DNA of 64,000 nucleotides from Octopus sinensis. Lineage: Eukaryota. The notes beneath the pieces were generated by a model. It ran no database searches. It saw nothing but the letters and a program-made list of their open reading frames with translations, and was not told where the DNA came from. Shown here in pieces: positions 40,767 to 52,594 of this stretch. The stretch is taken from contig NC_043013.1 in assembly GCF_006345805.1 (NCBI RefSeq), forward strand, positions 25,110,001 to 25,174,000, given 5' to 3'. Position 1 is the first letter of the stretch, and each line of letters begins with the position of its first letter. A program made the position numbers and the translations under genes.

Positions 40767-43100
40767 CTAGAATGTAAAGTAAACAAACAGATACATTAGT
40801 CTGGATAAAAATAAGACAAAAATAGAGGATTAAAGTTATCAATGATTAACAATGTTAAGGCACACAGAGTCTTTTAAGTATTAATTAAGTACTGTGGATG
40901 ATATAATTAAAAAAAAAAGAATATTAGACAATAGTATGGCTGTGTGTTTATAAAATAAGCAAAGATGTGGTTGTCTAAGAAGTTTGGCTCTACAACAATG
41001 TAGCATACAGAATTCCATAGTGCAGCATCTTTAGCAAATCTCTTCCGTTACAGTTTTGGGTTGACAAATATCTTGTAAGTAGGCTTTAGTAGATGGAAAC
41101 TTTCCAGAAATCCACCATATATAAGAAAGAGAGAGAGAAATTACATTTACTATGAATTTTCTTCATGAGCAAAAGAATGAAGAGTATATATTCTGAGACA
41201 AGTGGCCAACTTCATTGCTGACAACCCCTAAAACCATGACAGGTGCATGAAATATGTCAGGATAATCTCCTTTATTTTTCTGTGTGAAAAGAGAGAGAAA
41301 AAGAGAGACAAATATGTTTTTTTTACAGTTGTTTACATTCTACAACAAGGGTATTAATTGTAGTCTAACTAGATCAAATTTATTTTAGAATTTTTTAACA
41401 TAAGCTCTTTGTGCATAAAATATTTATTAATAATTTAATCAGAGTGCCAACAGATGAACAATATGCAAATTAGTCTAGCTAGCAAATCTGTACACAAAAC
41501 CTCACATAATATGCCCTTCATTTGGAGACAGAATTCCTTTGATGCCAGCAGAGATAATAATTCCAATATATTTCCATCCTGTTCTTATTCTCAAAACACC
41601 CGCTTGAGTAGCAGAAATTGTCAATTACTTTTAGGGAATCTTCCAAGCATTTGAAGAAATTCATTTTGTTGGGTTGTCATTGTTGTCTACTCTTGTGCAT
41701 TTGCTAATTCAAAGTCCTTCTCTGTCAGAAGGACTGTGATGCCAGCACATCTTTTGTGCACCCATAGTTTACACTAGGCACAGCAAATATAACTGACTCC
41801 TCTTCTGCATATCAACCATAGCCATTTCCCTAATGGCAATAGAATTCTGTGCCATATCCCTGATGACAGCAGAATTCAGTCTGTTTTCCTGCTAACTAAA
41901 ACTTCTTTACTGACCTAACATAAACTGATGTTGATTTGTTTATGCCCTGGTAAGAAAGCAGCTCAGCAAAACAAAGATCAATAGAGTAAGTGCTGGAAGT
42001 CACTTTATTCCACTAAACCCTTCAAAGCAGTGCTCCAGCATAGCCACAGTCCAATGATTAAAACTAAATATAAAAGAATACTGCACTATTTTTACATGTA
42101 CTTATGATAAATACAACAATACTTCATCTTTCTGAGGTAATTGAAAGAAGGATACAGGGCTGGAAGTTCAAGGCGAGGCAATGAGAATTTAAGTACCTTT
42201 AATAGAAACACAATACAACAATAATAATGGGATATGAACAGTTGACCCATTAGTCAACAAGCTGGTACACCATCCACACAATTAACAACTTAATATTTCT
42301 ATGTTGTACCATTCATCATCATCGTTGTTTAGCGTCCTTTTTCCTTGCTGGTATGAGTTGGACGATTTGACTGAGAGTAGGCAAGCCAGAGGCTGCACCA
42401 GGCTCCAGTTCGATCTGGCAAAGTTTCTACAGCTGGATGCCCTTCCTAATGCCAACCACTCCGAGAGTGTAGTGGGTGCTTTTTACATGCCACCAGCATG
42501 AGGGCCAGTCAGGCAGCACTGAGAACAACCACACTCAGATGGTGCTTTTTACATGCCAAAGGCACGGGGGTCAGTCAGGCAGCACTCACATAGAAGCAGT
42601 TGTTGAAGGAACGACCACGCTCAAATGGTGCTTTTTACATGCCACTGGCATGGGACCAGTGAGGCAGTACTGGCTTGACCATGCTTGGATGGTGCTTTTT
42701 ACATGCCAATCAGGCAGTACTGTCATTGGCCACGACTACAATTTCCCTTGCCTCAACAGGTCTTTGCAAGCGCAGTTTATTGCCCAATGTTCGAAGGGTA
42801 CTCTTAAATGGGCTGGTTATGCTGCACTGGTATAGGCCACGGTTACGATTATAGTCTCACTTAGCTTGCCAGGTCTTCTCAAGCACAGCATACCATTGTA
42901 TATTCAATTTCAAAGTAAGAAATATAGAAGAAAACAGAAACCAAAAGTGAAGAAAGACTGAAGTCATCTATCCTGTAGTGGAAACAAACTGGACTGCAAA
43001 AAGTAAACTGAGAATAAAAATGAACTTTCAAAAATATCTTTGGTTCCTCTCACACAAACAAACATACACAAATTTATGAATAATTTATGCATTTCCTAAC

Positions 43101-43164
43101 CTTCTTCTTCCACAATACACTGAATAACAACTGGAATTACTTCTTTATCTGGATTATACTGCCA
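43101..43164 (-). CDS. MGRN1: MGRN1/RNF157 exon, 64 nt, phase 0-1 (not in ORF track)
   Basis: ttttag/gttagg. Encodes WQYNPDKEVIPVVIQCIVEEE, cf. human FPVVIQAVVDEG. Confidence 0.93.
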
Positions 43165-43270
43165 CTAAAAGCACAGACAAAATTTAAAAGAAAACAAAGT
43201 TAAATGAGATAAGAAGAAAACAAAATAAAAACAAAAATTACCAAATTTATTACAGTTGACATTTTAAATA

Positions 43271-44475
43271 CAGGGTGCATAAGACATTTGAGGACAAATA
43301 TTTATAAAATATATATATATATATAATAACAGAAAATATCTTTATTTATCAAAATATGCTATGAGGATAAGAATAAACCTTTTCTATAATGTTATTCAAT
43401 AAAGTCACCTTCAGCTTCAACAACTGCTTCTATGTGAGATCTAAATCATCTACAAGCTCGAATCAAGTGATCCTGGTTTATTTTGGACATTACTCTGACT
43501 ATGGCAGCTTTCATAGAATCTTTAGTGTTATGGGCATGTTCATTGACATCTCCCTCAACAATGCTTTACATGCAATAGTCCAATGGATTGAGATCTGGGG
43601 AATTAGGAAGCCAAATATTAGGGGTTATGTGATCATGAAAATTTTCAGCCAACCGTCCCTGAGCAGAGTCTTGCTGAAACACATGGCCTTCCATTGCATA
43701 CACTGCCTATCCAGGGCTTAATTATTTCCAGGACCTCAATGTAGGCAGCAGAGTTAACTCTAAGGCCTTGTGGTAAGAAGTAAGGAGGCGTTACATGTCC
43801 TTCATTGCTGACAACCCCTAAAACCATGACAGTTGCAGGAAATATTATATGGAGCCTCAGAAGAGTCTGCACATAACCATCTGTCATTTCTTCTGTTAAC
43901 TGTTTAATCCTGGCCAAAGTTTTTCTCATTTGAGAAAACACAAATCAATTCTTCTGCTAGATTTTTTAGTTTAAGAGCCTTCTAGATCTGATGTAGTGAT
44001 TTTCTTTTGCTTTTTCTGACAAATTGATCTTTCTTCATAATATAGATATCTGATGTCTTCGTAGACAACATTTCTGACTGTTCCTTCTGACACAGGGAGA
44101 TCTTTTGCAATTGACCTCATGGGCTTTCTGGGATTGTAATCAATGGTCAGTTGAACTTATTAGATAAATTCAGGTGTTCTGATGATTTCAGAGCATTTAG
44201 AATACTTTTATGCTTTGATACTGGTGATACGTTTCCATCTCCAGTCTCTGGCTCCTTACAAACTTTGTAGATGAAAGATCTGGCAACTTATAAAAATCAA
44301 GATATTTCTAAATCACTACGCTCAGCCTTTATAACCATAACAGCATGCCTCTTCCTTTCTTGAGTAAGTTGAGGGTCTGACATTATTATTTTCTGAAACA
44401 AAGATTATATAGAGTTAGCAAAAAATGCAGTAATAACCCAAAAAAGGCATGTCCTCAAATACCTTGCGCATCCTG
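43271..44475 (-). mobile_element. Tc1/mariner DD37D (maT/Bmmar1-like) transposon, pseudogenised
   Basis: TA-cagggtgcataagacatttgaggaca ... tgtcctcaaataccttgcgcatcctg-TA TIRs. FPATVMVLGVVSNEGHV.PP.F.PQGLRVN, FQQDSA, W.PNSPDLNPLDY. A related scrap lies at 41140-41270. Confidence 0.9.
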
Positions 44476-44557
44476 TAATTTAATCAACATAAATATAACA
44501 GTAATAAAGAGACATGTATGTGCCATAAACTTAGTCTTATTTATATTTTGATAAATA

Positions 44558-44937
44558 CTGTATATACTCGACTATAAAACGCCCTTGCCAATAACACGGT
44601 ATTTTATCATTGATCTGACTATATGTCTCAGCGACTTTTTTAGTGTTCGAGAGCAAAGTTTAATTAGGAATTGTGCTGACATAGTTGTTCAGTAACTAAG
44701 CTTTCAGTAACCTGAAGATGACTTACAACAACCATTATCTCATTAAGTCCATGCATTTTAGAAACCGTTGTTTATAATGTAAAATTTTATCCTTTACAGT
44801 TATTCAAATTTCAGGTGTGGCTTGTACCTAGAAATTATCTAAAGATTCTTTTTATAGGATTCACTTATAAGTTACACTCCTAACTTTAGGTAAAAGTTTC
44901 AGGGAAAAAAGTGTGACTTGTAGCCGAGTATATAAGG
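44558..44937. mobile_element. Tc2/pogo-type MITE
   Basis: TA-ctgtatatactcgactataa ... ttgtagccgagtatataagg-TA. A similar TIR element lies at about 36424-36622. Confidence 0.7.
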
Positions 44938-45287
44938 TAGCTTTCCACTACAATCATCAGAAGTGTGAGTAAAGAAGAGAGAGAGGTGAGCAAATCCTGA
45001 TAAACTGTAATAATAGAACTGAATGGTTCAATCCTATTGCCAAAAAGGGCTTAAATTCAAAGTGAGACTAAAAACATAGATACAATTCTATATATTATGT
45101 CAAGTTACAGAAAGGTGTATATAAGTGAATTGGATAGAGTGATTAAACAGGTAACTTTGTGAGAGTGCAAGAGAAAGATAGAAGGGATAGAAATGTAGTG
45201 AGTGAGGAACATGGGTTGAGAGAGGGAGGTTTTGGGAAGATGAGTTGTAGTGGAGTGAGATTTATCAGGGACATTTTTGTGCAGAGA

Positions 45288-45323
<36 letters not shown>

Positions 45324-45340
45324 CATCATCATCATTATCA

Positions 45341-46280
45341 AGGCGGTGGGCTGGCAGAACCATTAGCATGCCAGACAAAATGCTTAGAGGTATTTCATCT
45401 GTCACTACGTTCTGAGTTCAAATCCTGCCGAGGTCAACTTTGCCTTTCATCTTTTTGAAGTCAATAAATTAAATACCAGTTGTGTACTGGAGTCAATCTA
45501 ATTGACTGCCGCCTCCCACTCCCCCAAAATTTCAGGCTTTGTGTCTATAATAGAAAAGATTATTATAATTATTATTAGGGCGGTGAGCTGGCAGATCCGT
45601 TAGCACGCCAGGTGAAAAGCTTTGCAGCATTTTGTCTGTCTTTACATTTTGAGTTCAAATTCTACTGAGGTCAACTTTGCCTTTCATCCTTTCAGAGGTC
45701 GATAGTATAAGTACCAATTGAGTACTGGGGTTGATCTAATCGACTTAACCCCCTCCCCCAAAATTTCAGGCTTTGTGCCTATAGCAGAAAGGATTATTAT
45801 TATTATTATTATTATTATTAATAAGGCAGCAAGCTGGCAGAATCATTAGCATGCCAAATGAAATAGTTAGCAGCATTTCATCTGTCTTTACATTCTAAGT
45901 TCAAATTCCACTGAGGTCAGCTTTGCCTTTCATCCTTTCAGAGGTCGATAGTATAAGTACCAATTGAGTACTGGGGTTGATCTAATCGACTTAACCCCCT
46001 CCCCCAAAATTTCAGGCTTTGTGCCTATAGCAGAAAGGATTATTATTATTACTATTATTATTATTATTATTAATAAGGCAGCAAGCTGGCAGAATCATTA
46101 GCATGCCAAATGAAATGGTTAGCAGCATTTCATCTGTCTTTACATTCTAAGTTCAAATTCCACTGAGGTCAGCTTTGCCTTCCAACCTTTCAGGTTCAAA
46201 AAATAAGTACCAGTAAAGTACTGGGGTTGATGCAATCAACTAGCCCCTCCCCTCAAAATTTCAGACCTTGTGCCAATAAT
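45341..46280 (+). mobile_element. Head-to-tail array of four copies of the same SINE separated by (TAT)n
   Basis: Copies start at about 45341, 45578, 45824 and 46076, each ggcgg/ggcag..gctggcaga..ttagca. Confidence 0.9.
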
Positions 46281-46964
46281 GCTCACCGCCTTAATATTTA
46301 ATAAGTTACCAACTATTAACTGAATAACATTAGAGAGGATTGCTCTAAGCTTAAGATCAATTGAATGACTGTTATCCTTTAAATTTTTCAAATATAATTA
46401 TGTGAGAGAGAGGGTAAAGTTGTATGAATGTCTAAGAGATAGTGTACAAGGGTACATATATGTGCACATGTGAGAAAGAGTGGCTGAAGAGGTTTGAAAA
46501 TTTGAATAAATTCTTGGGCTAGGTTTTACAGTTTGCTTAATTTTTTTAAAGGTAATCAAACAACCAATGAAAAATAAATGACAAGAAAAATCATAAAAAA
46601 AGAAACAAAACTGTTATATTATTTCAATAAAGTTAATATTTAAAAGCATTCATAATCTTTTGATGTTTATACTGGCCATATCCAGTCAAAATATTCTACC
46701 TATTTTTTTGTTCAAGGTAGCCAAATGTGTCCTCTCACACCTACCCTGCAATGTAATTTTAGAAATAAATAATTGCATCGTTTAAGTCTTGAAGTTACAA
46801 GATAATATTCAATTAGCTCAAAACAATGTGAATAAATAAGCATTACATTTGACAGAGCAATCTGAAAGCTTAAGAGTTAAATAGATAATATCAGCTCTAA
46901 AACAAGATAGCAGGAAAGGAATAGAACCGAAATGATTTTCATAAAATGAATAAACAAAACTCAC

Positions 46965-47082
46965 TTCTTCTTCTGAAAATTTGCTAGGATCAATTACATG
47001 AGTTGACTGACAGAATACTTGATTTGCTCCCCTCTTGTAATGATAAGTTTCAGAATTCATTGATGCATCCCGAGGGTGATAA
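46965..47082 (-). CDS. MGRN1: MGRN1/RNF157 exon, 118 nt, phase 2-0
   Basis: ttgcag/gtgagt. Encodes YHPRDASMNSETYHYKRGANQVFCQSTHVIDPSKFSEEE, containing the conserved SET.HYKRG..Q.F. Confidence 0.95.
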
Positions 47083-47639
47083 CTGCAAAGAATTTCAAAT
47101 AAGGCTGTTTGTAAAAACAATAAAAAGAAAAAGAAAAAAAAGAAAAGGAAAAACATGAGACGTTAGTCTATCAATAACGAATAAGCAAAAGTGGGGAGGT
47201 TTCTATGTGGTCATTTGCCATGCTAAATCTAGCAGCCAAATCACTCTCAAATTATACTCTACCATCATAAAAAAAAGAAAAGCAGATTTATTCTTTGAAG
47301 ATAGTGTAATCCTGGATACATTATAGCTTAATCAAAGACAGAATGATCTTGGTAGTGGTCTAGGCATGAAGATCCTTCATTGTTCTATTGAATCATAGAG
47401 GATCTGAAACTAAACTGCTTTCAAAATGTGAAAACACAAAGACACAATAGTAAAGTGAAAGTTCATAATAAAGATGGCTTCATTATTTATATTTGATGGA
47501 TATTTGTCTTCATCTTGTTTGTTATTAGCACAACATTTTGGCTGATATACCCTCCAGCCTTCATCAGGTGTCTTGGGGAAATTTCGAACCTGGGTTCTCA
47601 TTCCTAAGGTATTTTTCGATGTTATTATTATTATTAACA

Positions 47640-48000
47640 CTTCACAAATATCTCCTTTGAGTAAAACCACCAAGAGAAGAGAATATGACCAAAGACTGGG
47701 TGTATTCCATCCCATGCAGTTGTGGTAGGTTATACAAAGGGGAAACGTGCCGCCCCTCAAAATAAGGGTAGAGGAACATCGCAAAGCTGTGACATGATGA
47801 GATATTGATAAATCAGATATTACTGATTATGTATGGAAAAATGGATACCACCTCCTCCTGTGGGATGAAGTTAAAATAATAGACAGAGAACACCACTAGA
47901 AAATACGAAAACTAAAAGAAGCAGCACATACCCTAGGACACAACAATCTCCTAAGCAAACTGAGTGCAGATATGAGTAGCATATTAAGGATAGGAAAATA
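47640..48000 (+). mobile_element. Penelope-like element, GIY-YIG endonuclease remnant
   Basis: VYSIPCSCGRLYKGETCRP..RVEEHRKA...W.EVKIIDRE...RKLKEAAH, with stops and a frameshift. Flanked by inverted terminal copies at 47482-47635 and 48118-48290. Confidence 0.88.
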
Positions 48001-48175
48001 TTAGATTTATAAGCCCTAAAATTCACTCCATAATTGCCCATGAGCATATGGCATAGTGGTTAAGAGTGCAGGCTACTAACCCCAAGATTCCAAGTTCAAT
48101 TCGAGGCAGTGACCTGAATAATAATAATATCAAAAAATACCCAAAGTATGAGAACCCAGGTTCGAAATTCCCCAA

Positions 48176-48220
48176 GGCACCTGATGAAGGCTGGAGAGTA
48201 TATCAGCCGAAATGTGTTAA
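48176..48220 (+). ncRNA. Degenerate minimal type I hammerhead ribozyme motif in a Penelope terminal repeat
   Basis: GGCAC-CTGATGA-A-GGCTG(loop)CAGCC-GAAA-TGTGTT. The inverted copy at 47527-47572 reads GACAC-CTGATGA-A-GGCTG..CAGCC-aAAAtGTT-GTGCT. Confidence 0.6.
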
Positions 48221-48532
48221 CAACAAACAAGATGAGGACAAATATCTATCAAATGTAAATAATGTACATGATTCCTCATGTCTTAAATATAGTACTGAAA
48301 GATGGTTTCATCGATATAAGTTGAGTTTTCTCCATTCTCCATACAACTGATTTTTTGTTTTTAATTTGAATATATTTGATAATTGTAAATTCATAGCTGT
48401 GTGGTTAAGAAACTTGCTTCTATACTTTGTGATCTTGGGTAAGAGTTTTCTACAATAGCCCTGGGCTAACCAACACTTTGTGAGTGGATTTGATGGACAG
48501 AAACTGAAAGAAGCTATATATATATATACGTA

Positions 48533-48566
<34 letters not shown>

Positions 48567-48617
48567 GGTGTTATATTTATTTTGATATATGAAATATGTA
48601 TGCATGTGCATACTTGA

Positions 48618-49467
48618 CAGAGTGTTAGCACTTTGAGAGAAAAGTTGGACCTAAGAAGCATCAGATGTGGTGTGCAAGAGAGATGACTGCGCTGGTATGG
48701 CCATGTGGCGAGAATGGATGTGGATAGCTGTGTGAAAAAGTGCCACACCCTAGCGGTTGAGGGATCTTGTGGAAGAGGTAGACCCAAGAAGACCTGGGAT
48801 GAGGTAGTGAAGCATGGGAGACAATGACTAGTGACCGGGACCTTTAGAAATATGCTGTGCTTGAGAAGACTTGGCAAGCTCAAGGGAGACCATAACCTTG
48901 TGGTCTATGCCAAGGGTGTAACCAGCCCACTTATATGTACCTTTTCTTCATTTAGATACTAAACTCTGCTTGTGAAGACCTGTTGAGGCAAGTGAAATCG
49001 AAATTGAAATCAAATTCGATGACTGGCATCCGTGCTAGTGGGGTGCTAAGAGTACCATACGAGCATGATCGCTGCCAGAGCAACAAGCTGGCCTCCGTGC
49101 CGATGGCACGTAAACAGCACCATTCGAGTGTGATTGTTACCTACATCACCTTACTGGCACGTAAAAAAAACATCTGAGTGAGGTCATTGCCAGTGCCACT
49201 GGACTGGCTCCTGTGCAGGTGGCACATGAAAAGCACCATTTGAGCGTAGCCGCTGCGAGTACCGCCTGACTGGCCCTCGTGCAGGTGGCATGTAAAAGCA
49301 GCCACTACTTTCTTGGAGTGGTTAGCATTAGGAAGGGCATCCAACTGTAAAAACTCTGCCAGATCAGATTGGAGTCTGGTACAGCCATCTGGTTTGCCAG
49401 TCCTCAGACAAATCATCCAAACCCATGCTAGCATGGAAAGCGGATGTTAAACGATGATGATGATGAT
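48618..49467 (+). mobile_element. RTE LINE 3' end (ORF end, 3' UTR with ~65-bp tandem repeats, (GAT)n tail), inserted inside a SINE
   Basis: LREKL..RSIRCGVQER*LRWYGHVARMD..SCVKKCHTLAVEGSCGRGRPKKTWDEVVKH, then the tail ...gcatggaaagcggatgttaaacgatgatgatg. The host SINE halves lie at 48393-48515 and 49490-49650. Confidence 0.9.
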
Positions 49468-49694
49468 ATATATATGAATGTATGTGTGAGTTTGTTTACA
49501 TTCCTGTAACTTAGTAGTTCATCAGTAGAAACCAATAGAATAAGTGCCAGGTTGCAAAAAAAAAAATACCAAGATTGATCTGGTTGACTAAGCCTTCAAT
49601 GCAGTGCTCCAGCATGGCCATAGTCCAACGACTGAAACAACTGTAAGGTAACAATAGTGAAAAAAAGATTTAAAACAAAAAAAACATAACTCAC

Positions 49695-49853
49695 ACTAAT
49701 TGACCATTGTTGATTTCTTCCATTGCAAAATAATAAATAGTAATTGCACATTTTACATCAGAATCGAATGTGAATTCAATATTGTAACGAAAATAATTTA
49801 AAGGTGGATCCACATCAGTAGAATCTAGAGGAACTTTTTCAGCATCATTGATA
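49695..49853 (-). CDS. MGRN1: MGRN1/RNF157 exon, 159 nt, phase 2-2
   Basis: ttctag/gtgagt. Encodes INDAEKVPLDSTDVDPPLNYFRYNIEFTFDSDVKCAITIYYFAMEEINNGQL, containing the conserved EFTFD.D...AITIY. Confidence 0.95.
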
Positions 49854-50479
49854 CTAGAATGATAAAAGGAAAAATAATAAAAATTAAACACTATGTCTTA
49901 TGATGAAGGAAATATCATTAGCAATAAAACCTGATAAAAACTTCATTTAATTGGAAAAAAAAAAAACTCAAAAAATAAATTTACATTCTTCTTAAAGGTA
50001 GGCTGAAGTAAATAGTTATATTCATTCATTCATTCGGTTCTCATTGTGCCTTGTGACACTGGAGACAACAGCAAGATCATTCCACTTTCTAACACTGAGT
50101 GTGTCCTTGACGGCTTGTTCCATTGTTAATCTTCTGCCTTTAAGATCTTTTGTTATTATTCTCTGCCATATTTCCTTTGGTCAGCCACATCTTTTTTTAC
50201 CTTGTGGAACTCATTGCAAAGTGATCCTGACAACTGAGTTTGGTTTATAGTGATAAACTCAACTCAGCCATTTCCATCTCCTTGCTTCAATAGTTTCTCT
50301 TATTAGTTTCACTTTAGCTACAGAAACAATATTGAAGGAGATTATTCCTTTTATTTTAATTTCTAAAACACAGAGAAAAGAAAAAGAGAACTATTTTGGT
50401 TTCAGTTGAGGAGTCTTAAATATGATATAGAAAAGATGCATTTGGAAAATTTTTTTATTATAAAGGAGAAATTTCTTAC

Positions 50480-50568
50480 CGTACAAACCGTAGAGTATCC
50501 TTACGAATATTGACAAGGCTTTTCAAAGTTTTTGTTGGTTCATTACCTTGGGGCAAAGGATAAGGGAA
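50480..50568 (-). CDS. MGRN1: MGRN1/RNF157 exon, 89 nt, phase 0-2 (not in ORF track)
   Basis: tttcag/gtaaga. Encodes FPYPLPQGNEPTKTLKSLVNIRKDTLRFV(R), cf. human FPYVTPAPHEPVKTLRSLVNIRKDSLRLVR. Confidence 0.96.
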
Positions 50569-51599
50569 CTGAAAGAAAATTTTATAAAAAAATCATAATT
50601 AGTCAAATTTATATTCAGCATCATCATTTAACATCTGTTTTCCATGCTGGTATGGGTTGGACAGTTTGACAGGAGCTGACAAGCCAGAGGGTTGCACCAG
50701 GCTCCATCATCAGTTTTGGCATGGTTCCTATGGCTGGATGCACAGAATGTACAGGGTGCTTTTTATGTGGCACCAGCACAGATGCTTCTTAACATTTTTT
50801 TTCCTTAAGGTAGTTTTGGATTGTCCATTTTATTCAGAATGTATAAGACTGGGTGCTAGGTGGATGACAAACACAAACTGTTCTCTTCCTGCCCATTTTG
50901 TGGATTGCCTTTAGTAATGTTTGAAAATGTGCCAGTTTTCCAAATCAGTTCTATTTTAGTGAAATATCATCAACAGCAGTAGCAGTGTTGTTTTAATATT
51001 TTTTTCCTGTTTTCATAGGCTGGACAAAATTTACTCAGGCAGATTTTTTACAGTGGGATTCTTTTCTTCTTATCAATACTTGCCTGTTTCCTAGAAAGGG
51101 GATATTTCCTCAAGTCCTTCAAACACAAGCAGGATAATGACTGAACTTATATTTACAGAAGATTGTAAACAAATGTCATTGTTCAATGGTTAGGTTTCCT
51201 TATAACTATTATACAATGGTCAATACAAGATATCATGAGCACACACACAGTGGGTTTCTTTCTATCAAATCCACTGATAAGGTTTTGTTCAGCAATTTTT
51301 TTTTTATAGCTACACAGTGGGACTGAACCCAAAACAACATTCAAAGTAGAGGCCATTGTGTTGCACCATCTCAAGCCAGCTTTCTGCTAGTTCTTTTTTT
51401 TTATCCCATGCTGATACCAGTTCTTGCCCTTTGAGGTGAAAATTCCTTCACTGAAACTCCTACCTCTCCTTGGTTGATGAAGTAACAAGAGCACAGGAGC
51501 TAAGCCATGGATTGGAACAAGCAATAATCCAAGAGGGATATTTTTTCACAATCCTAATCTGTATAAGCAGTGGTTAAGTAAAGGCCAGCTTTCAGAACC

Positions 51600-52177
51600 T
51601 ATCACCAATCATGGATGTTTCAAACACAAGGTGATGCTATGCATCTGGTAGAATTATGAGGGGATAATTTGCTACAAATTCATTCCAGACAGTCAAACCA
51701 TTCATGCCAACCTGTACTCCGAAAAGCTGGAGCAGATGTATGTCATTGAGCAACAAAAATACCCAGCACTGCTTAACAGAAAGTGAGCACTTCTGCAGTA
51801 AAACAACGCATGATCTCATACCACTCAAACAACCTGGAATAAACTCCAGGAACTTGAGGGAATTGAAATGATGCCACACCCAGCATATAATCCAGGCCTA
51901 GCTCCCTCGGATTATTATTTATTCTGATCCATGGCTCACTTCCTGCACTCAGGACACTTCCTCAACCAAGAGGAAGTGGAAGCTTCAGTGAAAGAGTTTT
52001 TTTTTCTTTCAAAGGACAAGATCTAGTAGGAGTGCAAGACCAAAGAATTGTGAAAAGGTGGCTTCAGATGGTGCTACATGATGGCCTCTACCTTGAATAC
52101 TAGGCTGTCATAACTTGTCATAACTTGAATTAAGCAAATAAGTTAATATATTACAAAACTTTGGATTCAACACAATA
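51600..52177 (+). mobile_element. Second mariner, 3' fragment
   Basis: LLNRK..LLQ.NNA.SH..ELEGIEMMPHPAYNPGLAPSDYYLF, followed by a TIR-like end ...aaactttggattcaacacaata. Confidence 0.8.
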
Positions 52178-52200
52178 AGTAAACAAAAAATCTGGTAAGG

Positions 52201-52238
<38 letters not shown>

Positions 52239-52594
52239 GCTAATAATAATTACTGCTGTTACTACTAGTTTTATTAGTAATAACAGTAAAATAGATTAAA
52301 ACTAGCTACTAGTAGTTTTAATCTATTTTACAACTAATCTTATATACTATTGATATAATCAATCCAATACATGACTAATACTACCTTTTTAGAACCAGCA
52401 TGAATGGAAAGTAAATGCAAATATAGAGGGTGAATACAGAACATAAATATTACAAAGCATTCCAATCTGGCATTCTACTAATATTCTAATATTGCTAATA
52501 TTCAACTACTCATTGATAATAGTAATGGTTTCTAACATAACTGGCTAAAGCTTACAAATTTTAGAGGATACGTTAGTCAAGCAAAATTATCCTG

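Noticed and set aside
48042-48115. tRNA gene (also the heads at 34007, 38359 and 61197)
   Set aside because: A/B boxes are present but there is no intact cloverleaf, and they continue into repeat bodies, so they are SINE-type heads.
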